Shown: positions 27,480 to 40,636 of the stretch, one piece after another
How positions within the stretch are numbered: position 1 is the first letter of the stretch
Layout: every line of letters begins with the position of its first letter
Assembly (NCBI RefSeq): GCF_006345805.1
Contig: NC_043012.1
Span: 43,462,001-43,526,000, forward strand
Origin: Octopus sinensis
Taxonomy: Eukaryota
Length of the DNA stretch: 64,000 nt
Direction: 5' to 3'
Position numbers and translations under genes: made by a program
The notes under the pieces: generated by a model
Database searches by the model: none
What the model saw: only the letters and a program-made list of their open reading frames with translations
What the model was told of the DNA's origin: nothing

Positions 27480-27975
27480 AATTCCAACGCGACGATAAAA
27501 AACACCAGTAATTATTCTATGGCATATGTCAAGTTAACAGACAGCGTAACCTCACTGAAATAACTATGGCCAATTGTGGAGTGCTTCAGGAGTAATGTCG
27601 GGAGCAACATCAAGATCTGTTCATTGAATTTGTGTTGCTATCGAAGTATTTTACTTTATAAACAGGGAACATCTGTAGGATGGTCTCGGAGAGTCTACAT
27701 TGTTTCCCGATTTCGTGAATCTCTTCTGAGTTTTTTCAAGTTGTTGCTGTAGTGTTGAAAACTGAGTTCTTTAGTGTAAAATCGGTGATTGAAACAAGAC
27801 TGTTTTATTGATTTAACGTTGTTAGAAGACTGGAAATAGAAGTAGAAGTCACAAATGATTTCTAACTGAACGGGAAACTTACTAAATTAGAAGATTGCAG
27901 GCTACCATCAAGGTCAAATACGGTCATATAATTGAACTATAGTATGCTGATGATTGTGATCTTGTAGCTCACGTT
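27480..27975 (+). mobile_element. Decayed RTE-clade RT fragment
   Basis: CREQHQDLFIEFV and RRLQATIKVKYGHIIEL*YADDCDLVAH motifs. Confidence 0.75.
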
Positions 27976-30682
27976 CCATGCATACCATGTGGCTGATAAT
28001 CTTTGAAAGAGATTACACGATCTTGTATATAAATAACAGCCCTAATCTCACTAAAAAGGAGAACACTGAGACGGTACACATGTTACTGAATGCAAGTATC
28101 TTTTTGAAGACCAATGGTATTGAAGCTTCATATTGACAACATGTTTATTAAATCCTTAAACAAACCTTCCGCTTATTTCACTATATTAGCAAAGACTTTA
28201 CTATATTTTGTGAAAGACGCATATAGTTAATTTCCAATAATTATTTTTTTAAGTTGGCAAGCTTTTTGGTTCTTTTTCACTCAATTCTAAGACTATGCTT
28301 TCTCAAGGAGGTTTAATAAACTGAAATATGGATTGAGTTGTCATTGAAGTTGCCGACAAGCAAACTTTGTGCCCACTGCTTAGATCTATATGTATTATTA
28401 ATTTTGAAGTATATCAGTAAAGGTTTATCGGAATTATATTGCCTTGAACTTGAGTGGTGACTGAGTGTAATTGCCTTTTTCTCCCTACAGCTGTGATTTT
28501 AAAATATTTGGCTTTTGCTTTAAATATGTCAGCATCGGCTTATATATACATATTTGATCTTGGGGGACAGTAAAATGGATTACGAAAGGCTATATCTAAA
28601 CCCCCTACAAAAAACAAACTTGAATTAAATTTAATTCAGTTTGAGTATCTTTAAAAAAAAATGAATCCTTTTCTTAAACTAATGACGAAGTGAGAGACAA
28701 TATTAAATCTAAGAGGTAATGTTTAGATAACCTCGAATTCTGAATATATTTCGCTAATGTCCTTTACTGATTGAGAGCTTAAGTTTTGGATTGGCCAAGT
28801 GGTATTTCTAAATCCTGATATAACAGAATTACTATTTTATTGATTTGTGCGATAATTGGAATTCAAAGATTTTATGTGAACATGCAGTATAAAGTTTGGG
28901 TAATTGAAAATTTAACTAATAAAGAAACATATATGATTAAATTCAAGTTAATGAAACAAATTTCATTTGATTTGTTCCATATTTTTCATAAATATATTTA
29001 ACTTTATATACTTTATAGAGTGATCATACAGTGACAATTTATATTTTCAATAAACAATCTTTCGTTTTACTTTCACCTTCCTTCCCAGTGGACCGAATTT
29101 GATTGCTAGAGTGGGTTATTAAATAGAATTTATGTTACTAAAACCTTTATAGAGGTAATTAATTTCGCCTGCATATTTCAGGCTTGTCACCTCATTATGA
29201 ATTGCGGATCTCTGCTATGAGTACAGAATAGTTTCGTCAAAACACAACCGTGACACACTGCATTTGAAATATGTTGTGATGTCCATTTCTTCCATCTGCT
29301 AAAACTTTGTATTTAATGAAATAAATATTCAGTGGGAGCTTTCACAGTCTTTATGTTCCAGTTAAAAAATGTTTTATATTTGGTTGTGTTGTTGTAATCT
29401 TTTAGTGTGTCAGTTCTGAAAAATAGATTCTCGCCTGAGATATTTCTTTTCAAATCGTAATTCTTGGGATGTAAATAGGATATATAATAATGAAGATATC
29501 ATTAACCGCAAAAACAAGGAAATGAACAGAAACACTACTTGATTAAGACTTTTGTATAAAAATTCCATAAAGATGTTTTTTTTTTAGCCTGCTAATAATC
29601 CCCACCCAGGAAAAGTTAAAATTCTGATTTTAAAATTGTTCAGAACAGCAGCTGGACGTTTATTGATGGGGTGCCTCAGTAGTGGAGCTAGAGTTAAATT
29701 TATTTTCAAATTTTTCTCATAAGTAAATAACTACATTCACCTTATTGAATATCCACTTGACCAGAAATGTACTTCTGAAAGAATTAGTAACTGCTCTATG
29801 TCAAAGCGAAAATAGTTTGTACATCGTTCAAGTTACGTTAAACAGGGCTTGAGAACATTGCATCTTTGGATATTAGAAGATGCAAGTTTCCAATATCTCA
29901 TAACTGCCACGCAGAACTTGTCACTGATGTTTACATAAAGGATTTAAAACGATTAAAAAATATTTGAACCGTTTACCAAAAGAAATTATTGAAAATAGTA
30001 AATGACAGTAGTTTTCCATTCCAAGCAACATCTTTTCGAAAATCAATACTTCACCAATCACAGAGCCTTGAGTGTACGAAAGCCATAATCTAGTTAACCG
30101 ATATTTTTTTTCAAATTCAAAAGTTTCTCAAAACTTAAATACATCGTTTTAAATTCACCCGTTTAGATCGACTGATCTGATCCATTATTGAGAAATTGCT
30201 TTTTCTTTCGCTTTACACTTCACTTTTCTTTTCTCGTTTTATGTTTTCAGTGTTGTTCTGATTCACAAAATATATATGCAACATTTTATCAATTGCTCCA
30301 ACCACAGCGATGATTCAAGACATAAAAATATCGTGATTTTTTATACTGAAATATTCTAGTTCCAAATATGTACATATGTATATGAATGCAGATAAATGTA
30401 TGTATGCGTGCATGCGTGCGTGCATATACGTATGTATGTGTGTAGATGCATGTGTATGTATGTATATATATATATAGTATATATATATATATATATATAC
30501 AAAATAAGAAAATGGAGGGATAGATTTCTTTCAATCATCAACTACTAGATAATACCAATTCATATAATATATTAACTAATTATTTAGGAACATCCAGATC
30601 AAACAGAATAATACAAAATAAAACAGTACACATCAATAAGTAGGATAATACCATAAGAACAATATATATAAATATAAAAAGG

Positions 30683-30810
30683 ATCTTACAGCTGTTTCAG
30701 CCTGTAGATAAGAGTATCTCATTATGCTCATATTAGTCAGATGTATTGAGGTAATATGCAGTTATAAATGAGTTACTTATATATATATATCTCAAGGCCT
30801 CGTCAGAGAT
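30683..30810 (-). ncRNA. Type I hammerhead ribozyme motif with a 91-nt expansion of loop II
   Basis: AUCU-CUGACGA-GGCCU-[91 nt]-AGGCU-GAAAC-AGCU-GUA/AGAU. Confidence 0.7.
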
Positions 30811-31095
30811 TATAAAGTACAGTTATAAAGGTATAAAATGAAGATATAAAGTGCAAATATGAATATTAAAGAAGGTACACATATACAAGAATAAATATAT
30901 ATACATATATACATATACATATAAGTGTATATACACCTACACATACATATATATAAGTATATACATAATAATATACATACACATAAGGTTACAGTTAATC
31001 AAATCTATATACTAGAATATACATACATATATATATCCACATCAGAGTGTACATATACAAAGTCCAGAGTTCATTGTATTACATTACAAAAAACT

Positions 31096-31215
<120 letters not shown>

Positions 31216-31469
31216 TTAGTTAATAAATTATATGAATTGGTATTATCTAGTAGTTGATGATTGAAAGAAATCTATTCCTCCATTTTCTCATTTTGCATTA
31301 TGAATTTGAGGTAAAGCATTTTACCTTCGCCCATATAGTACAATAAATTTATTAATTGCATTTCAATTCTTAGCATTTATGTATTAGCCTTTCTGGGTAC
31401 TTTACTGGCAGTATATTGGATAAATGATATCCCATAGTGGGTTACACTCATAACCCCTATCTCACTTTG

Positions 31470-31509
<40 letters not shown>

Positions 31510-31681
31510 GAACTCATACACGCACATCCAATTATATGAGTATATAAGTGCAACTAGATACACGCACATAAACACGCGTATTGACGAATACATAAATATA
31601 TGGATAGGAACTCATACATACAGGCACACACGCGCATGTATACATAAATATACGCACATACCATAGATAAATATGTGCACA

Positions 31682-32105
31682 CTAGCAGCTAAGCCCGGTT
31701 TCACTCGGTCGGTTTGGATGATATGGCTGTAAAACCAGCCCTGGGTAAGCATTCGACTTGTTTGGGTAGGCTTACGTTAAAAAACAATTTTAGAATTACT
31801 TTTTTTGTCAAAACGCTAAAAAAACCAACCCAGGTTCAGCCAAATCAAAAACAAGCCCAAATACTAAGCGAACAGAGATGAACCATCACACGCATACTCA
31901 CACACACACAGGCACACACACATTCACATGCCCCCCTTTACATACACACATATATTCACACAGGGTTGAAGCGCTGTTTGATTTATTTTTGCAGCGCACA
32001 ATTTTCATCATCCCTCTACCAAGTATGACATCACCCGTTTCTTCCTTATTCATATACCACCTGTTCCTTTCTCATTCATAAACACAAGAGTATTATTATA
32101 GTAGA
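31682..32105 (-). mobile_element. Non-autonomous Helitron
   Basis: Minus strand begins TC(TACTATAAT) after an A and ends with a GC hairpin (CCGAGTGAAACCGGGC) then CTAG before a T; no TSD. Confidence 0.75.
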
Positions 32106-32529
32106 TTATCTCGGTAACCAAGAGAGCTATGAAAAATAAAAGCCCAGTGACACCACCGGATCATTCTACACATCTGTGTAACTTTTCTTGCAATTCCACC
32201 CTGCCGTTTGACCATGAATCCCATGACAAGAAAGAATCGCCTATACAAAATTTATATGTATAGATATTCGTACGTAAAGCGAGATACAGACGTCTGTGCA
32301 AAGTTTGACACACGCACACGTGTTAATACATTCGCGTATACAAATAAGTAAATATATACACGCACATACATAGATATACATATACACATAGAGATACATA
32401 TGTGTATGAGTATACACACATACAAATACGCCCGTGTACACGTATACACAGATTCACATTAATATATACATACACCTAAAAAAACAAAAAAAAAACCGCA
32501 AATGTGCGCCGATAGGGATGTAGACACAT

Positions 32530-32647
32530 GTATATCTCTACACTATATACATATACACGCACGCACACACATGCATACACACACACGTGCACATATATGC
32601 ACATACACACAAAGATATATATATGTATATACGTATAAATGTATATG

Positions 32648-32681
<34 letters not shown>

Positions 32682-32697
32682 CATACATATATATATA

Positions 32698-32755
<58 letters not shown>

Positions 32756-32795
32756 TTATATATATATATATATATGTATATATATACATATACAT
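32530..32795. repeat. (AC)n/(AT)n microsatellite
   Basis: Directly visible. Confidence 0.93.
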
Positions 32796-32947
32796 GTATG
32801 GATCTAGATGGAAAGATCATATGTCAAATAAAGGATATTCAAATATGGTTCCTCAAGTTCTTGTGTATTAAAAGTTGTGGACGCTATGTATATATCAAGC
32901 TATGTATGGTCTGGATTGTAGTGAGACTTAAGTTTTTTTTCCTTTAT

Positions 32948-32989
32948 GTACCCGATGAGATCCAGAACATGTCGAAACATGTGTCGCAC
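32948..32989 (+). ncRNA. Decayed minimal hammerhead motif in a probable PLE pseudo-LTR
   Basis: GTAC-CCGATGA-GAT...GTC-GAAAC-ATGT-GTC/GCAC; U4C core change and one helix I mismatch. Confidence 0.55.
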
Positions 32990-34545
32990 CAAATGAAATT
33001 TTTTTCCATCTATTTTATTAATACTGTTACCTCAACCGCCACTATGAAGTTCCTGCAATCTACGGATAATAACAGGTAATCGAAATTGTGCTGGTCCTTT
33101 ACTCATCATCCACTTATACATTTTGTATTATTACTCCATTATATAAATATATATATATATTCGAAGCTACTAGTACTGGTATATAAGGTACATGTTTATT
33201 AATTGCTGACTACGTATAAGCTTATTTTCTAGATGCGTTTAAATTGATTAATTATGTGTTTATAGCACAGAAATATTGGTTTGAGTTCTTCAGCTTTAAT
33301 AATTGTTTCATAAATATCAACCTAAATCATATTTTTGCAGATATATGTAATTGAATATATTTAGAATTTAATGTGTATTGATTGCAGCACGCTCAATATT
33401 ATTGACCTTATACATAATTATAAAACTCTCCTCTAAGAATTACATAATATAAAAATTTGAAGCTGCTTCATTATGGAGCCAATGAAATAAAATTGTTACA
33501 ACAAAGTTTTCATGTACCATACAATAAAGTTAGATATTTGTTTACCAGTGATGTACACCATGGTTATTAAAGTCATAATTTTGATTTTTTACATGTGCAC
33601 AAGATGTGATTTTATAAGAATAACGAGATGTTTTATATTTTCCGTGGGTATTAGCAATTTTGTGGAGTATATTTTTTGAAAACGAATGACTGGCACAACT
33701 CGCTGGAAACTTAGCCTTTTTAGCATTGCGCTTGTGTAATGCCATAAAATATGATTGGAATTTTATGAGAGTTGGCAAAAGATAGAAAATGTAATATAGA
33801 TGTTGAAATTTAGTTTATATATTGGAATACTGCGGTTTCATCTTGGTTTTTTTTTTTATAATAAAAATAAATGGATAATCATTAAGAAAATAGCCTTATT
33901 TTGATTACACTACAAATAATGATATATTTTTATAAGTAAAACAACAACAATTATATGTTTTAATTGTAACCAGTTCAGGCCAGTTCAGCTGAGAGACAAG
34001 TCAATACATGAAATTCAAATATCCTTTGTTAGCAAGAGTTTGTTGGAAAGCTGAACGTGTTCACACTTGTGAAATGAAAATAGACTAGCGTTTGTGTAAA
34101 TCGTTGTGCCAAGTAGATGCGGTACTGGACTGCTGAGTAAAGAGTTTAGAACAGCTAGAAGAGTGGCATTACGTTTTGGGGGAAAATACTTGCATTAGTT
34201 CAAATAGCTATTAGGATTAGACGTAAATAAAGATGTCACACACTGACAGGTGGTTAAATTCAATGCCTGAGTTATTTTTTTAGGTCTGCTTAACATTTAG
34301 AAAATAAAGTTGGTATTTCAGAACCTCTGTAGCTGTTTGTTATATTTATAATTGTTTCTTGTATTTCTTAGAAATGCTATTAACAACGGCGAAGATTAAA
34401 ATAGACCTCCTTCATTTTACCTAAATTGAAGCATCAAGCGAAAGAATGACACGAATCTATTTATATAATTATAAAAAATCTAGTTAAACGCTAACATTCA
34501 ATAAAAGAAAACCAGGGACGGTCATATATTCTAATTAACCACACA

Positions 34546-34586
<41 letters not shown>

Positions 34587-34989
34587 TATATGTATGTGTG
34601 TGTGTATATGTATGTATGTATATATATATTTGGACTTTACTTCAGCTTTATTATTATCGTAATTTATTCGTCAAATCTATTTCGTCACACATTCTGTGAC
34701 CTCTTGGGTAACTCTCTATCCTACCCGTCTCCTCTTTTTCTGCTTATTCCTACCTGCACATGCGTTTGCGCTTGTATCTCTGTGTGTGTGCGTTTGTCCA
34801 TGTGTTTAGTGTGTGTGTTTTGTGCTTGTGTAAATGGGTTTGCTTACTAAACTGTAACCCTGTCTTTTATTTATTCATTTATTTTCTTTCTCTTACTGTC
34901 TTTAGTGTGTATGTGTGTCTCGAGTGTACGTGTATGGGTTTATGTATAATGCTGCTAGTATTTCTCCCCTTTTCGTTTGCTTCTCATTC

Positions 34990-35233
34990 TGTCTTCAGTC
35001 ATCAGGCTGTGTAGTGTCGTGGAATGGGTGGTCTCATTGTTCCATTCATGTTTTCTGCTAAGGCTCAGTCTATCTTTTATTACGTGCGTGCGTGTGTGGC
35101 TTCCGTAATCTGAGTGTCGTATCTGTTCTACATGTCGATAACATCTTAACATCTTAACATCTATGTTATTAATCGATCTTCCATGTTCTAATTGAGGATC
35201 TTGGTAGAACACTGACGGGCTTTTCTCTTCGAT
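34990..35233 (-). mobile_element. Possible PLE endonuclease C-terminal remnant
   Basis: LEHGRSINNIDVKML and ..QITEATH weakly resemble PLE ORF ends. Confidence 0.3.
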
Positions 35234-35313
35234 GCTGATAATCTTTGAAAGAGATTACACGATCTTGTATATAAAAGTTGGCAAGCGTTTTGGTTCTTTT
35301 TCACTCAATTCTA

Positions 35314-35811
35314 TGTGTTGTAGGTGTATGAAGCGGTCCTGTCAGGTCGTGGTCATCCGGAGGCGCTCTTTGCGAGCACGGTTTGCAGTGCTGTTGTTGT
35401 TTTATCACTGTTGCAGGCGATAGATGGTGAATATGGACATCGTAAGCTATCGCAACATCCAGGGCATGCAACCCTGCTTGCAATCGGCCGATAGCTTGTT
35501 CTCTCTGCACTGCTGACAATCGGCTCATACTTGATGCGTCCAAATTACGAATTCTAGGCACCCGGTTGAAGTTGATTTTTATACCCATAACCTCCACGAC
35601 CTGCACGTGCATTTCGGTTTTCATGACAACTGTTTGCGACTGTCACCTACGGCCATTTCAAGGGAAGTTGAAAGGTTACCTGCAAGTTGGGTTTCAGTCA
35701 CAAACCAGCATGTCTGGGAATATTTACACTTACATCCGGGAAATATATTTTCAGAATTTACCATTATAAAAATGACATTTGAAAAAATCGCGTTTCTTTT
35801 GCGGTTCAGTG
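35314..35811 (-). mobile_element. Tc1-family transposon, 5' end only
   Basis: TA-CACTGAACCGCAAAAGAAACGCG terminus; MSRLSAVQREQAIGRLQAG...TIYRLQ paired-type HTH. Confidence 0.85.
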
Positions 35812-35997
35812 TAGTAGTGACATTGTATCGCCATATTGATGTGGCGATTAACTTTACTTGTTCGTATAGTTACCATAATCAACTCTTATTGAAATTTTAC
35901 AACTTGCTACTTTGCTTGTTGCAAATCAGTGACAGATGAACGCTTTGTTTACCATATATTACTTGCTGGAGAGGACTCTGGCCACCTTCCTGTCGAC

Positions 35998-36065
35998 CAG
36001 ATGTTCGCGACTGAGGATGAGCAATCTACCTCGAAATCTAATCGGTCTCGCGATCCTTCCATCTG
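35998..36065 (+). ncRNA. Type I hammerhead ribozyme motif with extended helix I
   Basis: CAGAUG-U-UCGCGA-CUGAGGA-U-GAG-caaucuac-CUC-GAAA-UC-uaauc-G-GUC/UCGCGA-uccuuc-CAUCUG. Confidence 0.75.
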
Positions 36066-36139
36066 CTGGAGGATGGTAGGGGTTCGATCTCCTGCTGGAA
36101 ATACACAAACGCGCGCACACACACACACGAGAGTCTTCC

Positions 36140-36275
36140 GCGCAGTGTCCGTCAATCAGTCTACCAAATTCCCTCACAAGGCATTGGTAAGCTCGGAGCT
36201 ATAATAGAAGAGACCTGCCAAAGTGCTGCACAGTGGGACTGAACCTGAAACTACATAGGTGAAAAGCGAGCTTAA
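36140..36275 (-). mobile_element. CORE-like tRNA SINE, 5' half
   Basis: Reverse-complement similarity to 12442-12602. Confidence 0.7.
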
Positions 36276-37920
36276 TGAGGCTTATTCTTTATTCTTGTGG
36301 TTCTATGGAAGAAAACGCAATAGACATAAACTTTCTTCATAATCAAGAGTGATTTCTTCACGAGTACATTTCCACATTTTTCATTGAACTATGTTAATGA
36401 GAGTTTATGTTTTCTTTCTTAATTAATACAATTAATTACGAGTCTTTATCGAACACTATTCACTAATCGATGTTGTGAAGTAATTCTGAATGAGGGCAAA
36501 AGCGTCACTGTTTAGATTTATTTTAGATTACTCTCAATAAAAGACAGTATATATTTACAAATTTCTGTTATATGCTACATTAGAGAGAGGATAAGTGGCG
36601 AGACATTAAGTCTGGTAATATCCCTCTTAGAACACTAGAATAGTAAAAATACTTGTTTGAGAATGAATTTTGGCAAATAGCGAGTTAATGAATAATATGT
36701 ATGTCGAGCAGACAATTCGGCAGATTGATTTATTGCTATATTATGATTCAGAAGCATGGAACCAGGCTAAGACAAGTTTTTCATTCGTGAAATAGGTATT
36801 TTGTTGTGCTACATAATGTATGCATTGTTGACGGAAAGAATTCGCTTTCAAAGTATTGATGTGCATATTGAAAGAAATATCAGCAGGGTGTTTGACCACA
36901 AATAGCCATATGTTTTCATCTGTTTAATTAAAACTATTGTAATATGTTTTTAATTTGCTTTCAACTTTCTTATCTAACATAAATATAAACACATTTTATT
37001 AGTTGATCTTACGAAACAAAAATATCACAGACTAGCTCATGTGACTAATTTCACCTTATTTTCGGTAACTAAATGTTCTATAGTCAGCTAGCATCTCTTA
37101 ACAATTTTAGATTAGGTTAATTAGATTTCTTCCCCAGAAATGCAGCAGACTACGATCCACTGGTTTTTGTCGTTATATATGTTTATGACTATTAAACTCC
37201 GAATCTTGTTGGAAATAAAATACATCGGATAATTCTTTTATTCTTTTGTTCGTTTCAGCCATGCTGGAATACCACTGTGGGATAAACATATGTTACTATT
37301 TTTTTTACCAAGTATACAATAACAGGGATTAACAAACTAAACTACGTTTTGGATTACGCTGTTGCAAAGTTATTTTTATCGATCACATTGCAGAATACGT
37401 TCATAAAGTGAATCCTATCTGAATTTCTTTTCTTCAAGTCATATTTTAGAGATGCTTGAATTCATGAAAATATATACTTATTTATATTAACGCTAAACAA
37501 AACATTAGCTAAAAGTTGTATGGCAGCAAGTCATGCAGACGTCTATGCGAATATCACAATGTGTAACAACAGATAGAAAAAAATCTAATTGAAATTCTGT
37601 TAGTGAGCGTATAACAATGAAGTTTTTCAATTCTTAACTTTACTATCAAGATTCAATAGATTTTTAGGATAATGATCAATCGATAAAGTAAGAAACCATT
37701 CCAGCAGAACAATTATTTTGTTGTCGATTGCAGCATTTCTTTCTAAAGGAATTTCTAGTAAACTAACAGTAATATATCACGAAAGGAGGAAGACAAATTC
37801 AATGTAAAACTTGTTCATTGTAAAAATAAAAAGCAACACTTCTTCACCCAGCCACAAACTATTGATTCTTTTTTTTAGCGTTAATGATTATTCAAATAAA
37901 ATATAACTAGTGAAATAAAT

Positions 37921-38055
37921 TCTTCTTCTTCTTCTTCTTCTTCTCTTCTTCTTCTCTTCTTCTTCTTCTTCTCTTCTTCTTCTTCTTCTTCTTCTCTTCT
38001 TCTTCTTCTTCTTCTTCTTCTTCTTCTTCTTCTTTCTTCTTCTTCTTCTTCTTCT
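37921..38055. repeat. (TCT)n microsatellite
   Basis: Directly visible. Confidence 0.95.
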
Positions 38056-40636
38056 GCATATTTGTTAGGTGGTATGATTTCTTGTTTGTATTTGTCAGCT
38101 TCAAGGGGTCTGCATGTAAGTGCAGTAAGCGTTATCTTGAGTAATTTGAGACATTGCGGCACTCCAAGGTCATTTGGACTGACCTTATGCATCTTCCTAA
38201 CCCCTTCGTTTAATAAGATGATGTCAGAGTCCTGCTGATGTGGAAGTTACCAGTAATAGTTCGCGCCTTCGGCTATTGTTACTGCTATTTATACCTACAA
38301 ATGGAAAATTTGTTAGATATAGTGTATTCATGATATCAAAGTTGCGGATCTCAACAAGTTTTCAAACTAGTATCCCCTATATTGCTAATAGCACAACAAA
38401 AGTGTTATGGAATATGGTTTTATTGAATGTTGGCAGCTCTAACGTCCATAACTTCCTAAATAATCTGAAGGAATCCTGTAACAACGTATTCATTATTCTC
38501 AATAATTCCGAGATATTTGTAGTACACGTTTTTTGAGGTAGGTGAGATAGCCTGTATTGACATTTCTCGCTTGGTCAACAATCTTTCCTCGACTGACTAC
38601 CAAATGTGAGCATTTATTCCGAATAACTTCATTTTTATGAGAATATTGTGACTAGTTTTAACTGTCTCTTCTTACTGTCGCTATCATTGACGAAAAATGT
38701 CTGGGTGGCAATTTTTCTCTCTTCTGCACACTTAACATGCAACTATGGAATTTTCTTAACAAGGCTGACTAGAGGTTTTACACTGAAAACGAACACCATT
38801 TCCTTCGAGATAATGCCCTAGAATATTCTTGTCGATAACTTAATTTTTTTTGTGATCGAGCAGCCAAAATACTTAGCGGTAGTTGTGTAATATTTGTACT
38901 TATATGTATGTGCGGCGGCACTCCCCTGGAGTTCATTGAGCCAGCTCCAACCAGCGAGTTCACCACGCCCCTCACGAAGACTGACCACATCTGACTGTCG
39001 GCCTTGACGTTCCAACAGGTAAAGTAACGTTTCTGTCTGCGGCTCAAATATCCAGCTTCCAAGTTGGCAAATACTCCACTAGAAAAGCAAGCGCGTCGAA
39101 CAGTGCATGCGCTACAGCCGTAGTCATTATTCGTTGTTCAGGTGTAGAGTTCGGAGAGTGTTGTTGAGGTACAGAGAGAGAGAGAGAGAGGGGGGGGAGA
39201 GAGATGGAGAGTGTGTGTGCGTGCGCACGCGTGTTTGGTTCTGTTTTTTTGTTGCGTTCCATTAGGTCCTGTGTCTTAGTGTTGCGACAATTGCTAAACA
39301 ATGAAACGAGTACGCGGCTGGAATACGTACTGGGGTAGAAATGATCGACTAAACGCTATTACCCTCTCTGTTTTTCTAAGCTTATATGAAGCTATCGTTG
39401 TGTAATCTGTGTAAAATCTGAGTTTAGAAATGATATAGAATATTATTTGCCAAGAATTTACTGTGATGTGGTATAAAAATATTACTCCATCAGTTGTGGT
39501 ATAAATATTGTTCAGTCAGATAACAGCGGCGTTGCACCCCAAATAGTAAAAGCAATACAGTAGTTAGTTCACATCACGTTGTAGTGAACTTTAATTCGCT
39601 CTGTTCTCGTTAGAATAAGTGATGGTTTAATCGACTAAACCACTAACCTGCAAATAAATGGAATTATGTTATGAGAAATCGATATATGTTCGTCAGATAA
39701 AAAAGTAAGTATTCATTGATGTATCTTAAAAGCAGTAAATGAATTTAAAAAGAAATTAATGTAATAGAGGATTAAGTCGTGACAAGTAATCTGTTTTGTT
39801 TCTAGTTTTGAGGAAATGATTCCGCGAGAAGAAAGGAAACTAATAAATAATATCTATACCAGCTTTTTATATGGTTTAAGTATTCAAAGTTTCACAAAAT
39901 TGTATTGAACTATCAGTTTAGCAGATTTTAATTATCTATTAATATTTTATAGTCGAATGTCAGATATAGTATTACACAGATGAATGATACTGTGTATTAA
40001 TAGTAAATGTACGAAGGTTCATAAGCTAATGTTCAATAGATAAACAAGTCATATCTACGTAGAAAACCAAAAATAGCTTCTATTTACAAATTAGATGGAT
40101 GTAAATCATTTATATTGTTATAAGAAAAAAGAAAATTTTCAAACAATTTTTTCTTTTCTCTTGCAGCTAAATAACGATATACGAGAAGGTCATTGCGATG
40201 AATTCCTCGTAAACACAACGGTGTGGCACATATCTGTCTACGACTAAATTTACTAGTTTTACTCTTTCGGTGTTCTGCGTGCACCATATGATTTATTATC
40301 TGTACACATCAGTACACATCAGCATATAATTTGTTTGCTGGTTCCTGTAAGCTCTTGTCAGGTACTTTGGTTCGGTGAAGAGGCCTTGACTGAGGAGATA
40401 CACAACAGCATGTGTCTCAGAGTCTTGTCACGTAGGTGAATAGCATGTGTTATGGACATACATCGTGTAAAGTGAGGAGGTATTTCCAGATGATGAAAAT
40501 CAACAGTGAACAGATATTCATGTTCAAAACTGCCAGACCGTATTAAGAATGAATAGAGAAGTTATTGTTTAGATTCCCGTTGTTCTGCGTGCAATGGATT
40601 ATAATTATTATCTTTATGTATGTGCTGTTACGTCTT

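Noticed and set aside
40167-40247. Strong splice acceptor (…TTTTCTCTTGCAG) followed by a short frame LNNDIREGHCDEF as a host exon
   Set aside because: No recognisable homology or partner exons; cannot be supported without RNA-seq. The same applies to candidate microexons near 24420, 29750 (minus) and 41380 (minus).
40389-40430. CTGAGGA followed by a hairpin as a hammerhead
   Set aside because: No GAAA strand or NUH/helix I partner.
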